DNA of 64,000 nucleotides from Tubiluchus corallicola (taxonomy: Eukaryota > Animalia > Priapulida): the NCBI GenBank assembly GCA_030141605.1, contig JAQGDQ010000141.1, forward strand, positions 124,001 through 188,000, written 5' to 3'. This document shows, one piece after another, positions 52,601-64,000 of the stretch. How positions within the stretch are numbered: position 1 is the first letter of the stretch; every line of letters begins with the position of its first letter. The position numbers were made by a program, and so were the translations under genes. The notes beneath the pieces were generated by a model that made no database searches, was not told where the DNA came from, and worked only from the letters and a program-made list of their open reading frames with translations.

Positions 52601-54748
52601 AAATACAAACTGAAAATTCAGGAAAAATGTATTTGTTAGATTCCTTTATCTGGCGCTTCATACGTGTGTAGTGTAACGTCCGTGGTTTGTACTTACCCAG
52701 GAGTTGTAGTGGCTGCCTTTTCTCTTGACTCGCCTTACGCTCATAATTGCGTGGCTTCGCAAGCTCACTAGTGTTGTGTGTTTGCTTGAAGTTTCAGGAT
52801 ATTAGATTTCAAGAGAATTATCAGCGTTTTGTAGTTTGAATATCATTGTTACTTCTTTACTAATGTAGCAAACTGACACCGGTTAATGATATTTAAAGCA
52901 AAACCGGACCCATTCTTAAACTGTAGGTCAAAACAAACTACTCTTTAAAATGTTGAAAGGAAACATACTATTTTTCCCAAAATGACTTACGTGAAAGAAT
53001 TGTTACCACACAAACACAATTTCACGTTCACGCCACTAGTTCTTCGCTGTTACCTGCATTTCACCATTCGCTAGCTAAACGGGCACTAGCGCCTGCATTT
53101 TGGAAATATATTGCACAAAAAACAGGTGCTGTACGTCTCGGTTCAGATGTGTGAGTTTTTGACGAACAACACGCGTTCGATAGCTCAAGCGTTAAATTTG
53201 AATTTTTATCTTAAAACTTGCCTAGTTTTAGTACAACACACTGAATCTCTTACCGTAGCACTGTACTTCAATTTTCTTTTTCGCAAACACGTGCAACACG
53301 ATCATGGAATATTTTTGCTGTTAAAAATTGTGTTAGTTTGTGATGTCACCAATAGTTGGGCTCAACACTTAATTAAGTGTTTAATCTATTATTTAATTAT
53401 CAGAAATGTTTTTGCAGTGTTGACTGTGCTAAAATGTATACTTTTGTTGGACTTTAAAATGGGATAGTATCTGAAAAATCATCCTGTCTTCCTTTAATTC
53501 TGCATATGATCAGAGAATGTACTTATATGATAACTGCTTTTCTCGTGGTTCGTCACGTTGATTTCGTCCTAAAGCTGTATTTTATCAATCTCCATTTTAT
53601 CATCGAATTTTTCCACCGTGTAATATACATGTTCCCTGCAAAGCGGGCGTGTTTTTTGCTGAAGCATTAACTGTCAGCAGGTTATTGAACTATAACAAGC
53701 CTGTAAACTCAAGAATGCACCTACTGTAACTTACTGTAACTTTGAAAAAATGCAACGCTACTGTTTCAACGCCAGTGCAAAAACTGATAAAAACGGCAGA
53801 CTGTTTTTCACGCTTATCAAGGTTATGCAAGGCAAATCCTCGAGGGAGCAATAAATAATAAGAAAGCCTGGCACGTGCATTACAGCATGTGTCCTGATGT
53901 GGAAATTTAAAGTAAACATTAATTTGAAAAAGTGCAGACCGCTTCCACGGGTTTTTTAACACTGATTATTTTTTCGTTCTAATTGATTTTCAATCCAACA
54001 ATTGATTTTGTTCAGCGCATGTGCAGAACGTAGCCTTCTAATATACATTTTGTTTAATTATTTGTAATCTTTTGCCCACTTTTCGACACTGGGAATTGTC
54101 GAATTGGTTGGTGACGAAGCAACGCCCCACGACTCTATGCCAGACGGGTCTGACTTTGGGCTACAAGAATTGTATAAATCCTGTTATCACATGGGGCTGT
54201 GTATAGGTTAGCAATGATGGCGTAGAAGTTGTAATATAAAGATCCCAGGTTCAAATTTAGACTCAGTAACGACCTTTTTACATTTTCTTCCTTTCGAACA
54301 AGCTTTAAAAAAATCAGTAATTGTGAATTAATTTCGTTATACGCATAACCTACTCGAGTACTTTTGCTGTGCGACGTACTTTTTCAGTAACATTGCCTTC
54401 TATGTTGGTAATGATAGAATTTCTAACAAAGGAAATGCTGTACCTTAGTCAATAGGTTTGATGCCATTCACCTGACTTGAACTTGAAATTGTGCTGGTAG
54501 AACGCTCAGTCACTGTATCTGCTTGCATAGTTGTTGCTCACAGCTATGTTAGTTGAGCAATTAACAAAGTCATGCACATAGGCAGTCAATCTCATTCCGT
54601 ACCTTAAAGCATTTCAAGTTCTCCCATCCCGTTGGACAAAGATCATTTAAAGTATACGATCTGCTAAATATAACTAGCCGTTATAGTGAGTTTGGATATT
54701 AAATTTAATTGACCGAAATTTTGTTAAAGACAGCTAATTATTTGAGCT

Positions 54749-55530
54749 TTAAGGAAAGCCAGCCATTCTGGAAAGTAGCTTATTTCAATATTCGAAAAAG
54801 TGTAAGAAGGATTGAGTAAGTGCGATAAGTGCACCGTGTGATTAGTAAAATCACTTAAAATCATTTCACAATTGGAGGATCATTTTTAACTCCCGTTCTT
54901 CCACCAGTGACGTCATTCAACGACTGAAGAAAAACAACACACTATCTATTTCTATCAAATACATTAGAAGTTTTTACAAAAAATTAGACAGCCAATTTTT
55001 GTGATATTTCTGCGTGAACATTAGGTAAGGTGCAGAAGTTTGCATTAGTTTCAGCAGGCGCGCTTGAGAAAAGTCACGAAGCCACTAGTTACGTCAGTAT
55101 TGTCAAGTGAATCACGGCGCCCGAAAATTTCTGTACAGCATAACTCTGTAAACATTGTTCTATAAACAATTATTTTGCAAATTTCTTTGATATATTTTAC
55201 TAAGTTTAAGTGATAGCAGTAAAGTAAACCCAACATGCTAAGCGACTTCTCCTTTCCTTTAATAACTGCTGTGAGTTAAATAGTTGAACCTTTAACAGGT
55301 TGCAAAAATGAAGGCTCATTTGTAAATGATATTTTGTTATTCTGTAGTACTAGTGTGGTAGATAACTGAAAAATTGTGCAAAAAATAATAAAAGAATGAA
55401 ATTTCCCACAGTATACCTTCAAACCAAATGAATTATTTTAAGGTAGAGAGTCACCTCGGGGGGGGGCGCTTTTGGTGACCCTGAGTGACTTCGACTTTAA
55501 GGTCACAGTCACGCATAATACTAGGGGGTG
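54749..55530 (+). mobile_element. Kolobok-like MITE family B (to 55262) plus the 270-bp tail
   Basis: Colinear with 25773-26578; the tail is nearly identical between the two copies. Confidence 0.72.
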
Positions 55531-58500
55531 GCAAAAAACTCTATCACGACTGTTGTATGTGTCATTCAGGTTATTTTAACAATATAATGAAAAACATGCA
55601 TGCAACAGTCAGTTCTTGCTTTCATCATGCACGAAAAGTCGAAAACTGCAAAAATATGTCAAAAGAAATTTGAGTATTCGCGTGTAAATTATAAAACTAA
55701 TGTCACTTCGTATTTTCCTTTAAAGCTCAACGGTTCTTGCTTTGTAGACTCTAAGACGTAAGAGTGTGTGAAAAAGAAGCGAAAAACGCGAGAATATGTA
55801 AAACGGAAGTCCAATAAATTTTTCTTGAAATGCCAAGAGTATAACATGTCATAGAAAATTCATTTCCCATGTGGTATTTTTGCCAACGGCAAAATTATTT
55901 TGTCGTGATAATCACATTTCTCTAGTTTCAGTCACTAGTTGTAATATTAAAATCTTAATTAACGTTGTCACGAAAGTTGCAGTTTTGATTAAAAAAAATA
56001 AATGAGCTTTTAGTTGTAGAAGCAGACATTGCATTAACTAGAGAAATTATGTACGTTAAAATGCTATCTGAGGGATCTGGGTTATCTGATTGGACCGTGG
56101 ACTTTTGTGCCTATTGCCTTGCTACACCAGTATTAATTCTATGCTCCTTACGAATATTGGGTAAATAAATTCAGCAGGTAGTCAGACTTGTTGTGCCTTT
56201 TGACTATTCACTGTCACTTTTTACAATTGATTTGGAAAAAAGTTCTTGGGTTTAGCTCCTCAAAAATCAGCGATGTCAGCAATGGATTGGCTGGTAAGCT
56301 TGCATATTTTCTGTTCAAAGTGTTGACATTATCGCGTATATTGCTCTTTAAAAATCTATCGCGCGACTGTCTTAAATTTAGTAATACATTGAGAAATGAC
56401 TTGTAATGCACTAAGATGCGCTATGCACCGTATGATACCTATTGGGTTAAGACTAGGATTGGACATTGAAAATCAAAATTTGTCAAGAAATTCACAACAT
56501 TTCATAATCAATTAATTTAAAATGCATGTGCAGATACCATGCAAACGAAGTACCTAGTGACGGACCTTTGCCACTTGACTATTTCAAAACCATTTGTCCT
56601 TAGTGGTGGGCCTAGGGTCTGACTTGATGGCTTCCAGTAAACTGAATTGTATGGCGGCTTTATGTGATCAAAGGATTTACATATTTACGGCAGTTTATTT
56701 TGAATGTTAGCTGACTGCGGCTGTCCACATGTGATAGCTCATAAGCAGACTGCCTCAGCTACTGCGGATCGTACCTCTTCCAGTTCCGAGAAAGTTGCAT
56801 TTAGAATTTCAAAACTTCAAGTCCGAATAGCATTCAAACTGCACCATTGTAGAATCCTTTGTGTATAAGTATATAATTATGGTGTCAGTTTGTAGGCCCA
56901 TATCAAGGCCTAGCCATTATTCAAGACCTTAAAGCCACATAAAAAAACCCAAGATATTGTTTAAAATTTAGCATTTGCTTGTAGTACCTGGTTCTTGTTC
57001 TATTGCTGCTTCTCGTAGTCTCACCCTGGCTTTTCTTGAACGGGCTCTTTGCGAGAATTTTATTTCTGTCGACTAGAATTTATATTTTCACTTTTTTATT
57101 ATAGCCCAATAGGTGTCCTGAGTGGCCATGCACTTGCCTTGTGTAGGGCGATTTGTGTAAATGAGTATAAACAATTGTACTCATTGGGTCTTTTGCATGT
57201 ACTGATCCCTCAACCCTTTGATTTTGGGTTGAGCCCATTGATCTGAGCCCATTGATCTGTGCCCATTGGTCTGTCAGTCCATCAGTTACTGAAACGGTTC
57301 GAAGCATTAGATATTTCGCTAATACCAGTTATTTTATCACATGGTTCAAGTCATAATGGAATATGAGACGTGCCGCTCAAGTTCCACTTAAAAATTGATT
57401 GATGTGCCAGCCCACGGTAAGGTACAAATGAAGTGGACACAGTCGAAGCCTCTGTTGACATTCCTCCTGAGTAAATAGTTCTGTGCAGACTGTCAATTTT
57501 CAAAACATCGGGAAAGCTAATGTTCATTTTGAAAAATAGACACGGTTGAAAAATTGTGATAACATGAACGAAGTAATGCTTCCATTCCTCATTCCTACAT
57601 AGAGAAGCCGAATAAACTTTGAAAGGTCATTGCATTTGTGGATACCACATGGACAGATTTTGACAAACGAGCCCCAGAACAAAGGCGGACAGTTTCGTGA
57701 TAAATCTAGCAGTGCATTCGGCTGGATCTGCCATGAAATGATTTCAGCAGAAAGTCAAGAGTCACCCATGCGTGCCTGCATACTTTTATGATATGGTGTA
57801 CAGTGCCTTTCAATAATGATTTGACGGATTGGGTGACGCATCCCTGCTGGTTGATTTTTGTCTTCAAATATTTTGTTCACATCGATTCATATTTCTGATT
57901 TTCAATTTGAAATTTACTCTGTAGTCAACATTGCAGCCGTAAATTACATTGCTGCAGCATTAGTTTCTATCGAAACTCTCCATACACGGAGTCCGTTTAA
58001 TATTCATTATTCTTCATTACTGTAATAACTGCAGTTGAAATACCTGCGTGTTGCAAGGTGACACCTAAATGGAACATTTTAGACATCTTACAAGCTTTTG
58101 TCCTATTAATATGCATCTATCGTTACCTGCATATGGATGTTTATAATTCTGTGGTTGGTGCAGGCAGCCGCTGCTAATTGACAAACAATGTCATATTTGC
58201 GAATGTGAAAATAATGCGCTGGCGAATCGTATACAATACGTAGGTTTAGTAGCTAGAGCGCACGAGGCTTCGGGTTCAAAACCTATGTGGCTTTGATTTT
58301 TTATTGTAGCCTTCTCAAGTTATTAGCCGTTAGATTAATTTTTGCTGTTTAATTTAACATAAACAGGCTTTTATTAATCCTGGCTTATGACAGTAAAAGT
58401 TTATGAAAACTAGTTAAAAAAATTAAGTACATTTGACTGTCGACATAATACTTAACACTGTCGACATAAACAACAACAGAGCAGCAGTAGCAGCACTACC

Positions 58501-61282
58501 ACTGCCACCAACAGCAATATACACAACAACATAAACACAAACAAGAACAATTAACTGCCGTGCATAGTGAACACCCCATTTCAGCTACTTCATTCATTTT
58601 CACAACGTCGCCATTGTGACATCGACGCCATAATTCGTAATTATGCTAATATTAATTTATCACTCCCTAAGATGTTTGCCAGGCTCGGGTAATTACTTGG
58701 CAGGTAATTAATCCATGGTCGACGGGTAGATTTTAATTTCTTCCACGTTTTAATTAATCAGTCATGGCGTAAGTGCAGCTTAAAACCCACTTCTCTATTA
58801 ACGCAGTAATTATCGCCTTACATTAATTTTCCTCGGTTGCTTACGCCTGTTGAAGCCAAACTGTGTATTTCATGCATTATGCACATTTAGTATACATGTA
58901 TTATCTTCAAACTGTGTATTTTATGTAAAATGTTGTACACCAGAATTTATAAGTCCAGAAATATTGTTCACTGTTAATTTCGATTGTGTATTTTATGTCA
59001 AAATATTATATTATGCGCTAGAAATATCATTTATTATTAATTTAGACCCTGTTTTTCATGTCAAAACATTGTACACCAGATATGTTGTTTGCTTATTAAC
59101 TTCAGGCTAGGCGTTTTATGTAAAATATCATGGATCACACATATCTTGTCGTCAGCACAAGAAAACACTCTTCATAAAAAAGGCTTTGAAATTTTGTATC
59201 ACTTACATGCTGTCTTATTGCATACAAGACTTGCATTTGCAGAAGCGCAGTATAAAACTCCCGCGATGACCGTTAGGCATACATGGCCATTTTGAGGGTA
59301 AGTCATTTGGATTGCGTGAAGTGGGAAAAATAATTAGAAAAAGTTTAAGTTACTTTAATTGTCAGTAACATCAATAATTTGTTATTTTTTTGTGAGTGAG
59401 CGGTGCGCACTGGAATGGTGATGCAATGCTGTTTTTAAGAATTTTCTTTTCTAATTTTTTATCACAAGTCGTTAGAAACGAGTTTACTAGAACTTGCGTA
59501 AAATTCGAAAAAATAATCAGAGCATTCGCGGCACACTTTTCGCTAACTAAGCAAAACTGTAAATTACTTTAGTATGTCACTAAGATCAATGTGTTTTTTG
59601 GTGAATCAGTGGTGCACACTGGTATAGCATGCAGTGTCGTTTTATCAGGTGGAGCGTGTATTTTAAATTAAGAATTTTCTTTTGTAATTACATAAGTCTT
59701 TCAAGCAGGTGTATATAAGCGTAATGCTAGGTAATATAACTTCGTATGGAAAATTCTTTGGGATGTGCTTTAAAATACCCCTTTCTTCCCGTTTCACCGT
59801 AATCTCGTACACTGAGTTACTCATACAGAATGTTTTGCAGGTACGTGCTGCACATTATACAACTGTTGAAGACTAATTACAAAATTAACTTGTTACAAGG
59901 TTGAAATGATTCCAATAAACACATGCCGCACAGGCTTACTTATCTAACATCTTATAAAGTCAAAAGCTTTTATTGTGTTTTAATGGCTGAAATTGGTTGG
60001 AAAACAGACAAAGCGTAACATTTGTGTCTATGCGCTGTCAGATGTATAGGCTGATAGGCTTTTTCACTCGAAAGAGACTAGAAAACGGAGAAAGTAGATA
60101 GGTTATCCATTTGTTAACTGCTAATTACGACTATGCCATTTGTTACAATTGAAGGTAATGCTCGAAAGACGGGCGGTGATTTCCGCCGGAAAAATAACAG
60201 TTAACAAATAATGGAGCACTTTCCTGTTCAATTTTTAATTGGCTTCCATTTTCCCACCTTCCTAAAAGGTTAATAGGTTTCTGTGCTTGTTTTGTTCGTG
60301 TACCAATGTTCTATTTTTCAAGACCCATCAATCAACTTAGCTTGTACGCTACTGTAGTGAAAATCAAATCCGCTGTGACAAGTTTTCACGACATACTATG
60401 ATATATTGCCCTATCATTTGTTTATGTACAAATATAATCTTATATAAATGATATGTGAGCACTATCGCACTGCTCATTATAACATTCAGTCCTCTGGGAA
60501 CAAAGGTCAATAAAGTATTAAAAGTTTCAGGTCGCTTAATAAAGGGCAAATATTAACATTTGTTGTGTCCTCACTGAAGAGAGCTCTGTAAAATATTAAA
60601 TTGATTGTAAATTCCAAATGGCAAAGTCCAAGCAGTGAGCAAGGTTAATATTAGTCGTATTAAGCTGCATCTAATTTCGTTGAGCCGGATGGTCGTTGAT
60701 CTTTTCATTATTTTAATATAAGCCGTGCAGGCTAGTGTTACCAAATTGCAGAAATCTCTAAATGGCAACCTATTCATTCTAGTAAGAGCGGCTGATTAAT
60801 ATTTAGTGTGTATCCTTTAGTGTGTATCCAGCAACTGTTGGCAATCTCGTTGTGGCGTAAATTAACTCATGACTCTCAACTAACCTTGAACGATGGCTGA
60901 CACTGTTGCTAGCATGACTGACGTTGTTGCTTAATAGCATAGCTGACATTAGTTGATGATTGGTGTAGGTGTGTTGGAAAGACCGATAGGGCTATTATGT
61001 TTGGTGACAGAAATAAGTGCAATTGTAGGGTAGTCTCTTTCTTTGGATGTAGATTAAATTAATTACTAGATACCCGTATGCAAGTGAATGCGAATTTTGT
61101 ATGTAAGCTTTTGCATTGAACACTGAACAACTAAAATAATCTCTGCTTATGATAATAATAATGCTAAAAACCATTATTAGGAAATCTAAAAGAAACTTTT
61201 ATAGATACTTTTTTGTTGTCCAGGGTTAAACTCAATCGGAATCGGAGTGCTTGAAGCATTAGTACACTTGTCTTCAGTAGCC

Positions 61283-62120
61283 GAAACATCAGTATACACA
61301 ACCACAGCGCCCAATACACAATCTCAGTCCCGTAACAACAATACTCGCAACCTTAGTATCCAAAACGTTAGTACACGCAACCTCACTATCCAAAACATCA
61401 GTACACAAAACCACAGTACTCAAAACATCAGTACAGAGAACCTCAGTACCAGAGACGTCAGTACATAGAACCTCAGTACTCAAAACAACAGTACATACAG
61501 CTTCACTATTCAAAACGTCAGTACACAAAACCACAGTACCCGAAACATCAATACACAAAACCACAGTACCCGAAACATCAGTACACAAAACCACAGTACC
61601 CGAAACATCAATACACAGAACCTCAGTACCAGAAACATCAGTACACAAAACCATAGTACCCGAAACATCAATACACAAAAACACAGTACCCGAAACATCA
61701 GTACACAAAACCACAGTACCCGAAACATCAATACATAGAACCTCAGTACCAGAAACATCAGTACACAAAACCATAGTACCCGAAACATCAGTACACAAAA
61801 CCACAGTACCCGAAACATCAATACACAGAACCTCAGTACCAGAAACGTCCAGTACATATAGCTTCACTATCCAAAACATCAGTACACAAAACCACAGTAC
61901 CCAAAACATCAGTACACAAAACCTCCGTACCCGAAACATCATTACACAGAAGTTCAGTACCCAAACAACAATACACACAGCCTCGCTATCCAAAACATTA
62001 ACACACAAAACCTCAGTACCAGAAACGTCAGTAGGCTATACACAGAACGTTAGTACCCAAAACAACAGTACATACAGTACGCAAAACCTCCGCACTCAAA
62101 ACATCAGTGCGCAGAAGCTC
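61283..62120. repeat. 15/30-bp minisatellite
   Basis: Tandem aaacatcagtacacaaaaccacagtacccg with 15-bp subunits. Confidence 0.93.
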
Positions 62121-62799
62121 AGTGGCGAAATGCTCAGCATAACAAGGAATATCAAAATTGCCCAATGGACTAAGATAAAGCCGGCGCTACGTCATTATTA
62201 AGGTCCTTTTTTTAGTTGACTAAGTTTTACTTCCTGGAATAAAATTAAGTTAAATATACAGAAATAGGCTCTTAATTATTTTGCATGATGTATGTCTAAC
62301 TTTCTTCTTTACTGACGTAATTATAAATTATAATGAACAGTCTAGAACTGGCAGTCGCTGTAATTGACTCTCTTGACAACAGTTTACAGCCAATGTCAGA
62401 CGCTGATGTCATTGTTATTTGTGCCAAATTATCCAGCTTCATATTCTCTGTTCTCCGTTGACTGTACAACTTTACTCATTTGCTACACAAAGAGACTCAC
62501 ATATGGGAAAGTGAACAGCTGTGAATGATGTTAATGATGTTATTACCAATTTTGGTCACCTGAAACACGTCTGCGTGTCAAAATTCAAATACTTGCCAAC
62601 CTTGCAACTTGATGTAAAAGGTCTAATCATCAAAAGTGACCCTCGGGTTATGGCTGTATGGTAAACTTATTATTATTTCGCCAAGACCAAGGGTATTATT
62701 ACAGATCTTCCAACAGATGGTCAAAGTATCTGGGATTCCAGGATACAAAAGTGAAGAATATTTGCAATACAGTGTATGCGTAGTCCCGGTTCACTAGAT

Positions 62800-63352
62800 T
62801 TAAAGGAAAACAGAATGATTTTTCATATCCTACTCCATTTTGAATGCTAAAAAGTGTGCATTTTCCGACCTATAATAATGCCAAAGCGTTTCTAATAATT
62901 AAATAATAGATTAGAACTTAATTAGCGGCAGGCGAGCCCAACTAGTGATGACATCATAACTGGACATAATTTTCAACAGCACAAACATTCCACGAACTTG
63001 TTGCTTCTGTTTACGAAAGCGAAAATTGAAGTAGTGCTACTGTAAGATATTTATAGTGTTGTACTAAAACTCGGTAAATTTTTAGTTTAAAATTCGAATT
63101 TAAAGTTTATCGCTTAGCTGACGCATGAGCTGTCGAATGCGTGCAGTTCATCACAAACTAACACATCTGAAATGAGAGGTACGTACCTGTATTTTGTGCA
63201 GTGCGTTTCCGAAATGCAGACACTAGTGCCCATCTAACTAGCAAATGGTGAAATGCACGTAACAGGAAAGAACTAGCTGCGCGAGCGTGTAATTACCATT
63301 CTGTGGTAATAATTTTTTCACGAAGTCATTCTTAAAAATAGTTCCCTTTCAA
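62800..63352 (+). mobile_element. Kolobok-like MITE, family A copy 2
   Basis: TTAAAGGAAAAC...GTTCCCTTTCAA; homologous to 17093-17636. Confidence 0.7.
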
Positions 63353-63366
63353 TACCTTATAGGGTA

Positions 63367-63792
63367 CCGTATTTTCCCATGTATAAGAGACCCTTTTTTG
63401 CTCAGAATTTTCACTTTAAAAATAGGGGGTCTCTTATACATGGGAGTAAGTCTTTTCAATACGATGCATAAATTGTGACACTAATTGTACAGCTGGGTCC
63501 TCAAGGCATGGAATGGTGTAAAGCCAGAGGTCATTATTAAATCTTTCAAGAAGTGTGGCATCTCCAATGCCATGGACGGCACAGAGGACAATGCCATTTT
63601 TGAGCAGAGTGACTCCTCTGATGATGAACTGGCTGGAATTGCTGAAGGTCTGACTCCAGTTGATATTTTTGATGAGAGTGATGAGGAATTTAATGATTTC
63701 TATGATAAATAAAGTTATTCATTACCAAAAAACTTTTTTCCAGAATTTTTGCCTAAAAATTGAAGGGGTCTCTTATACATGGGAAAATACGG
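63367..63792 (+). mobile_element. Non-autonomous pogo/Tigger (Tc1-mariner superfamily) deletion derivative
   Basis: TA TSD; perfect TIR CCGTATTTTCCCATGTATAAGAGACC; internal frame 63485-63712 WVLKAW...IIKSFKKCGISNAMDGTED is the typical pogo transposase C-terminus with acidic tail. Confidence 0.9.
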
Positions 63793-64000
63793 TAAATTGT
63801 TTTGACTTATTGTTTAATATGGTGCTCTTTTCTTTTAATTTGTTGTCTAAGAGCATCTGTCTTAGTTTTGCCACTCTAATTTCATTTTGCACTTTTAATG
63901 CCCTGGTGAAAGATTCTCAAAGTCCAAGATTTAGGTGAATAAACAAATTATTTTTTACACACATTGTGTTTTCTTTTTACTTGCTGCTTTACTATAATCT

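Noticed and set aside
61289-62008. 239-aa Val/Cys-rich ORF
   Set aside because: Artefact of the 15/30-bp minisatellite; no splice or start context.

Overview
AT-rich, intron-rich animal (invertebrate bilaterian-like) genomic DNA, not prokaryotic; most ORF-track entries are repeat or AT-rich noise. There are three genes. (1) The last seven coding exons of IMP dehydrogenase (IMPDH, + strand, 106-12563). (2) The complete ATP synthase OSCP gene (ATP5PO, - strand, CDS 16404-17842, 209 aa, non-coding first exon near 19.8 kb). (3) The 5' part of an unidentified + strand gene (coding exons 36698-36835 and 45953-46015) with several candidate first exons carrying CLEAR/E-box, Fox and CRE motifs. The rest is minisatellites, microsatellites, MITEs (hAT, Harbinger, Kolobok-like, pogo) and LINE/SINE remnants. 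The most interesting signal is in the last IMPDH intron, the position equivalent to the human IMPDH1 retinal exon 13b. It holds two cryptic in-phase exons: a 27-nt frame-preserving microexon with neural-type UGC and UGCAUG motifs, and an alternative exon that would end the enzyme in a CAAX box (...HSINCTIS*). This predicts splice-switchable IMPDH C-termini, possibly including a prenylated form. All isoform calls come from splice signals only and need RNA evidence.
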